Shown here: in pieces, positions 18,330-26,402 of the stretch | Layout: each line of letters starts with the position of its first letter | Numbering within the stretch: position 1 is the first letter of the stretch | Origin: a virus | Taxonomy: Duplodnaviria; Heunggongvirae; Uroviricota; Caudoviricetes | Virus record (IMG/VR): IMGVR_UViG_2703718855_000003 | Location: 1-42,021 of that record | Reading direction: 5' to 3' (one strand) | Length of the DNA: 42,021 nucleotides | Made by a program: the position numbers and the translations under genes | The notes under the pieces: generated by a model | Seen by the model: only the letters and a program-made list of their open reading frames with translations | Database searches by the model: none | Told to the model about the DNA's origin: nothing

Positions 18330-19658
18330 TTACAACGCCGCGTAATTACCGTGCGCGATAATCAATCCATAGGTATAACAATCGAAAAGGTCATCAGCAC
18401 GTTTATGTGCGTCTTTGTCTGCCAGGTGGAACCCGGCGATTTGTTTAATGAGGTGGTTTGCGGTGGTACGTTTGAATGAAACGGTCTTGTCGTAAGCCTC
18501 CCGGGCGATTTTGCACATCCCCTGATAGTGGTAGCTGGATGCCATCACCGCCCGTTCGTCTTTACCTTTGCTGGTTAGTGCCGATTTAATCGGCGTCATA
18601 TCCCAGCCTTCGGTTTCCGCCTTCTGGTTGAGGATTGCCCCCATCGCGGCGTCTTCCATAAAAATTCCCTGGCAGCCCAAACGCGGACGGCATAATTTCG
18701 CGAGGCGCTCGAGGTTTTCATAAACGCCGGGGATATATTCAGGAAGCAATGACGCTTTAATTTGCGTCACATCCCAGTCAATAATCGTCAGTTTTGGCTC
18801 GTCCGAATACGTTGACTCATAAGCGAAATACACCACGCCAGTACCATCATTTTCGGTCCCGCCTTTCAGCGCCGTATCCATCACTGCGAAAATCATGTCG
18901 CAGTACGGCGGCATCTCAATTGGCTGACCGTCCACCAGCAGCTTATCGACATCGAGTAACGCGTCTTTGGACCAGTCCACGAACTCGGCAAGATATTCCT
19001 GCTGCCAAACGCGCGGATCGGATTTCTTCTCCGTTTCCTCCAGTTCTTCTTTCGGAATGTACGGATTCGATGAAGTTGGCGCATGGTGCATGACAAATCC
19101 CAGGGATTCATCGTGGCATATCGCGTAGAAAAAATTGCTCTCGTCGATACCGTTTGGTGTGGAAAATACCCACGCACAGCCACGGTAATCAACAAGCGTC
19201 GGGCGTATAGCGCGGGGCCAGATTTCCTCGAGCATTTCCGGCGATTTAGTGAATGCGGCCTCATCAATCAGCACAGCGTGATATTTACGCCCACGCCCGG
19301 CCAGTTTGTTATTGTCCGTTACCCAAAAGTCGATGCGCCCCCCATTACGGAGAATAATGCGCTTTTCATTTTTTGACTGGCTGAGGATCAGCGGTTGCAG
19401 AACGGCGCTAATTTCATCCCAGATTTCCTGGTACTGTCGGTATTGTGCGGTAAAAATCCCCACCCTACCCGCGATAAGCTGCCCGGTGGTAGGAACGGCA
19501 AATTTCCGCGTCGCGAAACTGGTAGCGATGTTCACCAGCATCACCGTTTTACCCCAGCGACGACCACAGCATACCGCGTGGAAGCGTTCCTCTATTGCCG
19601 CCGTCCATGCAGCTATTTGCCCCTCATGAGGTTTTGGGAGGTAGATTTCAATCGACAT
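18330..19658 (-). CDS. Terminase large subunit
   Basis: 442 aa; Walker A-like CCGRRWGKT, Walker B-like HAVLIDEAAF, then FSTPNG and acidic residues in the C-terminal half consistent with the nuclease domain. Confidence 0.8.
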   Translation of the reverse strand: MSIEIYLPKPHEGQIAAWTAAIEERFHAVCCGRRWGKTVMLVNIATSFATRKFAVPTTGQLIAGRVGIFTAQYRQYQEIWDEISAVLQPLILSQSKNEKRIILRNGGRIDFWVTDNNKLAGRGRKYHAVLIDEAAFTKSPEMLEEIWPRAIRPTLVDYRGCAWVFSTPNGIDESNFFYAICHDESLGFVMHHAPTSSNPYIPKEELEETEKKSDPRVWQQEYLAEFVDWSKDALLDVDKLLVDGQPIEMPPYCDMIFAVMDTALKGGTENDGTGVVYFAYESTYSDEPKLTIIDWDVTQIKASLLPEYIPGVYENLERLAKLCRPRLGCQGIFMEDAAMGAILNQKAETEGWDMTPIKSALTSKGKDERAVMASSYHYQGMCKIAREAYDKTVSFKRTTANHLIKQIAGFHLADKDAHKRADDLFDCYTYGLIIAHGNYAAL

Positions 19659-20739
19659 TATCCACTCCCGGCATCGGCAGAGAGTTGTGGATAATTATTT
19701 CGTTATTCTCACCACCCACACCTTTTTTGAGGTTTTCAATCTCAGTGCGCAGCTTTTCGTTGCGAAGCCTCAGTCCTTCAAGCTCCAGATCATTGCGACT
19801 GTCAGTTGCACCACCAGCAGAACTTCCTTTCGTCGCCGTTATCAGCTTGATAAGTTCGCGCCGGGCGGCAGCCTTATCCTCCAGCAGGATCTCAACGCCG
19901 AATTTTCCGAGCTTTGCCCCTGCATATAATTGCCGCGCATCCCCATCAAGCAGAGCGGTATCAGCCATATAAAGCTGTCCCATTCCCTCACCGCAGCACT
20001 TCGGGCAGTCCAGATTGGGTATGGCGTTATCAACAAAGCCAAGGCCTCCATATTCCGGCTCGGGTTTGCCATCTCTGGAGGCCTGTGCCGCTGCCTTATC
20101 GAATTCTGCAATATCACGCCACTGGTAGAGGTGATTCTCGCCCCAGCAATAACGGCAGTTAACACGGCGAAATTGTGCCAACTGATTGGGGTCGGCCTGG
20201 ACAATGGCCATCAACTGACTCACCAGTAAATCCAGGTCTGCGGTATAGCGTTTCTGATACTGATTGCGGAAGTAGCTGATAGCACGATAAACCCTGGCAT
20301 TTCTAAGCATACGGCTGGCGTTGCTGTTAGCTGTCGCACCTTGCCCCTCATAACCAGCCAGTCGGTATGCCTCTGTCGGCTTTTTCCCCTGAGCAACAAG
20401 CATCGCAAACTTAGCCTGCTGGTCAGAAATGCCGAATTCATCGGGGCAGAACGAAAATTCCTCCGCGTCGCCCTCATTCAGGCACGCATCGGATACTGGC
20501 TTTTTTTTCTGAGATTTTCCGTTCCGCTTTTGCGCAGTCTGCGCAGATTTTTTCTGCGCACTTTGTTGCGCAGTTTTGCGCATTTCTGTCTGCGCATTTT
20601 TCGGAGGTTTTTTGATGTAACGACGGGCTGTTGCGTAATTCAGTCCCCTTGCCTCACACCATGCCACCGGGGATACACCGGAGCGGGTGTATTCAGCAAT
20701 ATATTCCTGCTGCAACGCCCCCCAGTCCGGTCTGCTCAT
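19648..20739 (-). CDS. Terminase small subunit-like DNA-binding protein
   Basis: 363 aa; N-terminal helix-turn-helix-like region, long Lys/Gln/Ala-rich linker, Cys-rich C-terminal region (CRYCWGE...CPKCCGEG); overlaps the large terminase start. Confidence 0.5.
   Translation of the reverse strand: MSRPDWGALQQEYIAEYTRSGVSPVAWCEARGLNYATARRYIKKPPKNAQTEMRKTAQQSAQKKSAQTAQKRNGKSQKKKPVSDACLNEGDAEEFSFCPDEFGISDQQAKFAMLVAQGKKPTEAYRLAGYEGQGATANSNASRMLRNARVYRAISYFRNQYQKRYTADLDLLVSQLMAIVQADPNQLAQFRRVNCRYCWGENHLYQWRDIAEFDKAAAQASRDGKPEPEYGGLGFVDNAIPNLDCPKCCGEGMGQLYMADTALLDGDARQLYAGAKLGKFGVEILLEDKAAARRELIKLITATKGSSAGGATDSRNDLELEGLRLRNEKLRTEIENLKKGVGGENNEIIIHNSLPMPGVDNVD
20531..20596. repeat. Array of six TGCGCA hexamers (candidate terminase recognition / pac-type site) inside the small-terminase gene
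   Basis: TGCGCA at 20531, 20540, 20555, 20567, 20577, 20591, each flanked by T-runs. Confidence 0.5.
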
Positions 20740-20742
20740 TAG

Positions 20743-20994
20743 TTAGTCCTGATTTTTATCCACCCTGAGTAGTTCACGCAGGGCAAAGGCATCCCCTTTT
20801 CTGGCAAGCTTAAACAATGCCGCCCGTAGTTCGGCTTCACCTTTCGCTCTGCCCTTACGGATGGATGCGTAAAAATCTGTCATTGCTTCCCGATTTTCTT
20901 TCAGTCGGTTCAGATCAACATCCAGAACGTCAGCGATTTGTTGTGCAGTCATCCGGCACGCTGCCAGAGACTCTACTTTCGAATACGGAATCAT
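20743..20994 (-). CDS. Small helix-turn-helix protein upstream of terminase
   Basis: 83 aa; ATG at 20994 preceded by GGGGGTGA; overlaps the 3' end of the upstream gene by 65 nt. Confidence 0.4.
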   Translation of the reverse strand: MIPYSKVESLAACRMTAQQIADVLDVDLNRLKENREAMTDFYASIRKGRAKGEAELRAALFKLARKGDAFALRELLRVDKNQD

Positions 20995-21862
20995 TTGTCA
21001 CCCCCATTGATATGCAGGGTGTCTTCTTCCTGTATTTTTCGTGAAGGATTTTTACTGCAGCGTTGTTCCAGGTGACCTGATGGTGAATGCGTTTATGGCT
21101 GGCACCCATCAGTGAGATTTTTACGCACGACGGCGCATACATGACGGAGTAAAAACTTTTAACGTAGGTTCCGGAGTCCAGATACAGCTCGGTCATTCCG
21201 CCGCTGTTTTTCTGCGTCTGTTTCTGCCCTAACTGGACAGCACCGATCGTCATAAACAATTCACCACAGCGACCAAGATTCGTATACGTATTCACATCCT
21301 CGTTAATGCGCCCCATGAATGAGAACGGTCGATCAACGGAACAGATAAAACTGTTCATTGCCTTGCGTTTCACCCACGAAGCATGGCCGCCATTGTCACC
21401 AAGAAAATCTCCGCCCTGCGACATAGCGATGGAAAGCGCAGGTATTGATTCGTAGTACGCCAGCATTTCAGAAAGGATCGCATCCAGTTTTCTTATCGGG
21501 AAATAGGCCTGGTCATAGTTGCGATCCACCCGAAACTGGAACTCGTGATAATCATCATCGAGCTGAATGAAGTATTTACACCCGACCAGTTTTGCCAGGT
21601 CGAAACAGGCATTACGGGCGTAAAAAATTGATCGGCGGTCACCGAAATTATCGGCTTCGTCAAAACGACTGGCGATATCGGCTTTGGAAAACACCAGCAC
21701 CTGTTCACTAAATTCAGCTATGTAGTGATGCCGTGTATTATCTTCATCATCAACAACGATAAAAATTTTCCCGGTATAGCCAGCACGACGCAACGTCCGG
21801 TAAGTCAGAACTTTGTCCGGTCGCCCGTGAGTCAGAATAAAGGCGCAAAAATCATCACGCAT
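20930..21862 (-). CDS. GT-A-fold glycosyltransferase-like protein (function unknown; candidate modification enzyme)
   Basis: Track ORF 20930..21883; the ATG at 21862 has a GGAGGAGGAGG Shine-Dalgarno and overlaps the ParB-like stop (ATGCGTGA). N-terminus FILTHGRPDKV...KIFIVVDDEDNT and later QLDDDY resemble the GT-A/GT2 pattern. No transmembrane segment. Confidence 0.5.
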   Translation of the reverse strand: MRDDFCAFILTHGRPDKVLTYRTLRRAGYTGKIFIVVDDEDNTRHHYIAEFSEQVLVFSKADIASRFDEADNFGDRRSIFYARNACFDLAKLVGCKYFIQLDDDYHEFQFRVDRNYDQAYFPIRKLDAILSEMLAYYESIPALSIAMSQGGDFLGDNGGHASWVKRKAMNSFICSVDRPFSFMGRINEDVNTYTNLGRCGELFMTIGAVQLGQKQTQKNSGGMTELYLDSGTYVKSFYSVMYAPSCVKISLMGASHKRIHHQVTWNNAAVKILHEKYRKKTPCISMGVTNDSVFESRVSGSVPDDCTTNR

Positions 21863-22646
21863 ATTCCTCCTCCTCCCCGCCATGCATGATCTCCACCATA
21901 CGCTGCGTCATCCGGACAAATCCATTTTCAATAGCCTGCTGATAATCAATGATCACCAGCGCCGATTCCTCGAAAAAGCACTGAATTTCAGCGGGGGCGT
22001 GAGCGTAATAGTCCGCAATTCTGCTGAAATTAAACACCGTATGACGTTCTGCCGCACACAGGAGGAATTTCTCAATATCAGGATCAAGGGACGCCGAACG
22101 TATCCGGCTGATCAACTCCTGAGTTTTCGTATCGTCGTACAGTTCACTGATATCTGGTTTATCGCCCGACGGCTCATAAACAGGCGTATCAATTTTCGTC
22201 GTGTACGGTTCCTCCTCATTTCCTGTACCGGGCAAAACATCCGTCAACAGTTCATCAATTTCTGTCGGGCTGAATCCTGTCAGGGAGATATCAAAATCAG
22301 CATTGATTAGGTCCGACAGCTCCATCCGTAACAGATCTTCATCCCAGCCAGCATTCATCGGCAGGCGATTATCTGCCAGGCGGTACGCCTTTTTCTGATC
22401 ATCCGTCAGACCAGACAGAACAATAACCGGAACCGAATCCATTTTGAGCGCCTCAGCCGCCATAACGCGACCGTGACCAGCAATAATTTCGCCCTTTTCA
22501 TCAATCAGCACTGGATTAGTCCAGCCGAATTGCTTAATGCTTTCTACCAGTTGTGCCACCTGCTCAGGGCTGTGTGTCCTGGCATTGTGTGCATACGGAG
22601 ACAGTTCTTGTAACGGGCGATAGACGATCTTCAATTTCTCGCTCAT
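21855..22646 (-). CDS. ParB-like nuclease domain protein
   Basis: 263 aa; ...NPVLIDEKGEIIAGHGRVMAAEALKMDSVPVIV... matches the ParB/Srx N-terminal domain core; GAGG ribosome-binding site. Confidence 0.7.
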   Translation of the reverse strand: MSEKLKIVYRPLQELSPYAHNARTHSPEQVAQLVESIKQFGWTNPVLIDEKGEIIAGHGRVMAAEALKMDSVPVIVLSGLTDDQKKAYRLADNRLPMNAGWDEDLLRMELSDLINADFDISLTGFSPTEIDELLTDVLPGTGNEEEPYTTKIDTPVYEPSGDKPDISELYDDTKTQELISRIRSASLDPDIEKFLLCAAERHTVFNFSRIADYYAHAPAEIQCFFEESALVIIDYQQAIENGFVRMTQRMVEIMHGGEEEEYA

Positions 22647-22769
22647 ACAGCCTCGCTTTATGAATAAAAAAGCCCGCTATCGGCCAGTACGCTGGGTGCG
22701 CGGCGGGTGCCGATGACGAGCTTTGGCATTATCGCAACCCCTCACCATGAAGGGCTGCTGTAATGCCTG

Positions 22770-22877
22770 TTACTCACGAATCAAACGAGCATGCTGACCA
22801 CTCATTTCAATGCGTAAGTATTGTGGCTTGCCGTCAATCAACGCGGTGATTAACTTGTCACCTGTAGGTTTCCACAT
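22770..22877 (-). CDS. Small ORF (35 aa) with strong ribosome-binding site
   Basis: AGGAGA 5-6 nt upstream of ATG at 22877; encodes MWKPTGDKLITALIDGKPQYLRIEMSGQHARLIRE; below the ORF-track size cutoff. Confidence 0.3.
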   Translation of the reverse strand: MWKPTGDKLITALIDGKPQYLRIEMSGQHARLIRE

Positions 22878-23050
22878 AATTTTCTCCTGTTTTAATGCCC
22901 CTTGCCGCCAGGCAGTTGATCAAAGTTCATCTTGATTCGGCAAGATTTAGAATGAATAAGATAAAATTGGCACACGCAGCAGAATTTCATGCTTTCCGGA
23001 CGCTGGCGCACCCTTCATTTTTCAGCAAAATATTCTGCTATTACAGGCGA

Positions 23051-23233
23051 TCAGTTCTGCATACACTGCCGAACACCATCAATAAGCTGACAGACCTGAG
23101 ACGCGGTATCGAAAAGCTGGCGCGCCTTATCCAGGCTAACGCATCCCACCAATAAAAAAGGCACCAGTATCGCTACCAGTGCCCATTTCGCCGCTGTTCG
23201 CGGCGTTCTGTGTGTCCAGTGTTTTCTGCTCAT
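23051..23233 (-). CDS. Lipoprotein, possible outer-membrane spanin component
   Basis: ATG at 23233 with AGGTG upstream; 60 aa MSRKHWTHRTPRTAAKWALVAILVPFLLVGCVSL... with basic N-region, hydrophobic core and LVGC lipobox; directly follows the endolysin. Confidence 0.45.
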   Translation of the reverse strand: MSRKHWTHRTPRTAAKWALVAILVPFLLVGCVSLDKARQLFDTASQVCQLIDGVRQCMQN

Positions 23234-23247
23234 AACACACCTGGTTA

Positions 23248-23625
23248 TCAGCGTTTCAACTGAAAGTGAGGTCCGTCTTTCAGTGTTTTCCAGTCCCCGC
23301 CCCATTCGATGGCAGTTCCCAGCTCTGCGGCAGCCTGCTTAAATGCCTGCGCGATTTTCTCGTACAGAGGCCAGTCCCATGACACCTGGCTACCAATGTA
23401 GGCAACAACATCCACCGCATCACCTGTCAGGTGGCGGCTGTTCATGGTCTGGCTCTTGCCTTCTGCAACCAGCTGTTTCTGGCGATACTTACTGCGCAGG
23501 CCTTCCGTAATACCGAAATCAACCTCCGTCAGCTCCAGCGCACGGCGAACGACAGCAACCAGCTGTGGTTTGACGCCCTCCAGATTTTTTTCACTGCGAC
23601 GGCTGAATCTGAATTTACCCGACAT
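23248..23625 (-). CDS. Endolysin, peptidase M15-type (L-alanyl-D-glutamate peptidase family)
   Basis: ATG at 23625 with GAGGTGA upstream; pattern FRFSRRSEKNLEGVKPQLVAVVRRALEL...SRHLTGDAVD...WGGDW matches T5-type endolysins as I recall them. Confidence 0.8.
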   Translation of the reverse strand: MSGKFRFSRRSEKNLEGVKPQLVAVVRRALELTEVDFGITEGLRSKYRQKQLVAEGKSQTMNSRHLTGDAVDVVAYIGSQVSWDWPLYEKIAQAFKQAAAELGTAIEWGGDWKTLKDGPHFQLKR

Positions 23626-23627
23626 AT

Positions 23628-23903
23628 TCACCTCAACAATGGAAAGATTTTTGTGACGTTCCCGCGTGCGCGTATTACCAGCACACAGAACAACAGATTA
23701 AAAAACACTTCCAGCCAGCCCATTGCTAACGGACGACCACACAGATAGCTGAGTGGCGCAAAGGCATAAAGCAGCATCAACAGCCAGGCCAGCCATGACA
23801 TCAGCGGTTTATGTCTGGAATCACGACGACGGTAAAAAAAGAGCGTCAGTACGATAACCGTGCATAACGCCACATTCAGCAATCCGGGAAGGTTACCTGA
23901 CAT
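23628..23903 (-). CDS. Small polytopic membrane protein (holin/antiholin candidate)
   Basis: ATG at 23903 with GGAGGAGG upstream (alternative in-frame ATG at 23918); about 3 hydrophobic segments; coupled to endolysin start. Confidence 0.45.
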   Translation of the reverse strand: MSGNLPGLLNVALCTVIVLTLFFYRRRDSRHKPLMSWLAWLLMLLYAFAPLSYLCGRPLAMGWLEVFFNLLFCVLVIRARGNVTKIFPLLR

Positions 23904-24285
23904 TGCCGCCTCCTCCATCCCGCAGGCGGGAGAACAGGCCGGATACCAGTGATGCAATATCCTGCTGGTGGATGAACGACAGAATCTTCACCGAAATCAC
24001 CGATACCAGTACCGCGCAAAGCGCGTCGAGAGATGTGCTGTGTAGCCCCAGTTTTTCGACCAGATAAGACGCCATGACATCCGCCCCCAGCACGCCAACG
24101 ATAAACGACACCAGAAAATGCGCCGCCACACGCCAGACAGAAATCTGCTGGGGTATCGTCGCCACAAACAACGCCCCGGCGAATGCACCAAACACAATCC
24201 CGAAATCCGTTCCGGTAAACAGTCCAAATACCGTCGCCCCACCGAGCGCCGCAGCCGTACCGGAACCGGATAAGGGTTCAGACAT
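23893..24285 (-). CDS. Holin-like membrane protein
   Basis: ATG at 24285 with GGGAGG upstream; 131 aa with several Gly/Ala-rich hydrophobic helices; first gene after the upstream terminator. Confidence 0.5.
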   Translation of the reverse strand: MSEPLSGSGTAAALGGATVFGLFTGTDFGIVFGAFAGALFVATIPQQISVWRVAAHFLVSFIVGVLGADVMASYLVEKLGLHSTSLDALCAVLVSVISVKILSFIHQQDIASLVSGLFSRLRDGGGGNVR

Positions 24286-24300
24286 GCTTTTTCCTCCCAC

Positions 24301-24326
24301 AAATAAAAAAGGGCCGCCAGCGGCCC
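24301..24326 (-). terminator. Intrinsic terminator immediately upstream of the lysis genes (tR'-like)
   Basis: Minus-sense GGGCCGCTGGCGGCCC hairpin followed by TTTTTTATTT, about 16 nt before the holin ribosome-binding site. Confidence 0.45.
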
Positions 24327-24409
24327 GTAAAAACACCCTGTCAAAGGCACCCGCAGATGCCTTTTGTGTGGTGTTATCTGATGTGATGTGCGCCGGGCGT
24401 GGCGCGGAT

Positions 24410-24476
24410 ATGAAAAAGGCCCGCCGGAGCGAGCCATAAAAAACTGAATAAAAAAAAACCGCCAGGTGCGGCGGTT
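24410..24476 (-). repeat. Copy 1 of a 65-bp direct repeat ending in a terminator hairpin (downstream of tRNA-Gly)
   Basis: ATGAAAAAGGCCCGCCGGAGCGAGCCATAAAAAACTGAATAAAAAAAAACCGCCAGGTGCGGCGG; minus-sense CCGCCGCACCTGGCGG followed by a T-run. Near-identical copy at 25091-25153. Confidence 0.6.
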
Positions 24477-24728
24477 AAGGATGTATTTCCGGGCTTGGCT
24501 TAGTATATGACCAATCACAGTTTTGTTTTTGTCGATGTTTACAACATCAGAATAATGCATTTAAAGTAGTAAAAATATTTGCTAATAATGCATTATTCCG
24601 ATGGTGTAAAAAATGGCACTGGAACCGCAACGAATATCACTCATTACAGAACAGGGGGCGCAAGGAACCATAAAAAACACCCTACATATATTATGTCAGT
24701 GCCTAACACAATCTCGCCTTAGTTACTG

Positions 24729-24803
<75 letters not shown>

Positions 24804-25090
24804 ATACTGTGCTGGCCCCCGGAATAACACGAATTACCAAGAGAGCCCGCACTGGTCTTTCCGGTGGCAAACAGCACCCCTGCTAACATAAAAGATAAAC
24901 ACCTTCCAGACGCAAAAATACTAACAACTGTTTTTCAGATATCCAAAATATATTTGGTTTTTATTTTTGAAAATATGTATACATATGTATCATAAATATA
25001 CAAGCCATATCATAACCGAATTAAAAATCTTTAGTTATCTCTTTTGCCGTCTGATCACCACCCACCGGCAGCTGAGAATTCCGGCACACA

Positions 25091-25153
25091 ATGAAAAAGG
25101 CCCGCCAGGGCGAGCCATAAAAACTGAATAAAAAAACCGCCCGGGGCGGCGGC
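25091..25153 (-). repeat. Copy 2 of the 65-bp direct repeat / terminator (downstream of the degenerate tRNA-like sequence)
   Basis: ATGAAAAAGGCCCGCCAGGGCGAGCCATAAAAACTGAATAAAAAAACCGCCCGGGGCGGCGG; minus-sense hairpin followed by a T-run. Confidence 0.6.
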
Positions 25154-25519
25154 TAAAACGATAAAAGGACACAATATTATAATGATTATTGGGTTTGGGG
25201 CATCGGGTGCCTCCCGAAGTATTCCACTTTACGTGGATACTGTGGTTTCCCGCTAAACCGACTCTATAAACCACCCTCGCACTGAGGAACGCCCCAATTC
25301 ATGTTTTCCGACACAGAGATGGCGCATCACTGGTTACTCCACGCTAAATCCTGCTTCCTTTCGTGGGCAATGCGCCATTTCTGTGTCATAAAAAATACAG
25401 CACTGAGTCTGTAACCGATCTCCATTACAGAATGAGGGACGATAAAGGTATTAAAGAGATCTGTTCCTCACGAAAACCGCCAGTGCTGTAAAAACTTGTC
25501 CAAAAAACAATGAAGTTGC

Positions 25520-25590
25520 GGAGAACAGGAATCGAACCGGCATTACCAACCTAAGGCTGATGTAATAACCACTATACGATACCTGCATAT
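25520..25590 (-). pseudogene. Degenerate tRNA-like sequence (decayed copy sharing the D-arm and T-loop of the tRNA-Gly scaffold)
   Basis: Reverse complement GCAGGTATCGTATAGTGGTTATTACATCAGCCTTAGGTTGGTAATGCCGGTTCGATTCCTG... shares the D-arm and T-loop with the tRNA-Gly at 24729-24803, but acceptor and anticodon stems do not pair. Confidence 0.4.
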
Positions 25591-26107
25591 AGAGCAGGCC
25601 TCCGTAACCACAATAATGACACTGATACCGATAACAGCCCTTCATTATGATTAAACGGATGCCAGCAATGACCCGCAAGACAGCGGGTAACACCCCTGTG
25701 AACAGAAACTTGCTGCCTTTCGGGTCGAGAGTAATATTACCGATAATTTATATGACATCAAAAACTAATTAGTTTTCATATTTAAACATATGTATAAATA
25801 TGTATCAGACGCATACAATTTATGTTATTTCATCCAGACTTCTGATTTCTCACAGGAAATTGCGAAAAAAAACAACATAAAAATGAACAAATTGGGAGTA
25901 CGCTAACTCCGTTGTCGCAATAAATCACAGTAAGCTCTTCAGAAATAACAGTTCACAAGACTTACATCAACAGTAGTTTTTGTAATGATTAATGTTAACT
26001 GTAGCGTTGAAAAGAAAAGTTTTGACGAAATATGGTGAACTAACAGAGCCTAACGAATAGCCCTATTACGCCGAGCTAATAGCGCTGCCAGCTAAACTTG
26101 CATGGAA

Positions 26108-26184
26108 TGGTCCGCCACCGAGGACTCGAACCTCGCACAATCAACTTAGAAGGTTGATGCTCTATCCCGATGAGCTAGTGGCGG
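26108..26184 (-). tRNA. tRNA-Arg (anticodon UCU)
   Basis: 77-nt cloverleaf: acceptor CCGCCAC/GTGGCGG, D-arm GCTC-ATCGGGATA-GAGC, anticodon arm TCAAC-CTTCTAA-GTTGA, T-arm CGAGG-TTCGAGT-CCTCG, encoded CCA. Confidence 0.85.
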
Positions 26185-26186
26185 AA

Positions 26187-26262
26187 TGGTGGCCCTTGCT
26201 GGATTTGAACCAGCGACCTGGCGATTATGAGTCGCTCGCTCTCACCACTGAGCTAAAGGGCC
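26187..26262 (-). tRNA. tRNA with CAU anticodon (tRNA-Ile2/ileX-like; Met not excluded)
   Basis: 76-nt cloverleaf GGCCCTT...AAGGGCC-A-CCA, anticodon loop CTCATAA; closely resembles E. coli ileX as recalled; 2 nt upstream of the tRNA-Arg. Confidence 0.85.
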
Positions 26263-26402
26263 GATTGAAAAATATTGACTGAATCAGTTTAGCGCTGTAA
26301 TCCACCCAACACAACCGTTTAAATCTTGTATGTCAGCTACAATCAAGTAAAAATATCTGAACAACAAGCAGAAAAGTCTATATCCCGGTTACTCATAATG
26401 TT

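Noticed and set aside
20531-20596. Possible CRISPR array suggested by regularly spaced short repeats
   Set aside because: Repeat unit is only 6 bp with 3-9 bp between copies and lies inside a coding region; no cas genes; not CRISPR-like.
22895-23155. Plus-strand 86-aa ORF between the small ORF and the lipoprotein gene
   Set aside because: Overlaps the minus-strand lipoprotein gene in antisense, lacks a ribosome-binding site, and is opposite in orientation to the entire late operon.
23997-24560. 187-aa minus-strand track ORF spanning the holin start and upstream terminator
   Set aside because: Runs across the terminator hairpin and out of frame with the well-supported holin start; Arg/Trp-rich translation typical of an off-frame read.
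25520-25590. Fourth functional tRNA
   Set aside because: Acceptor stem and anticodon stem cannot be paired in any register I tried; only the D-arm and T-loop are preserved, so called a degenerate copy.
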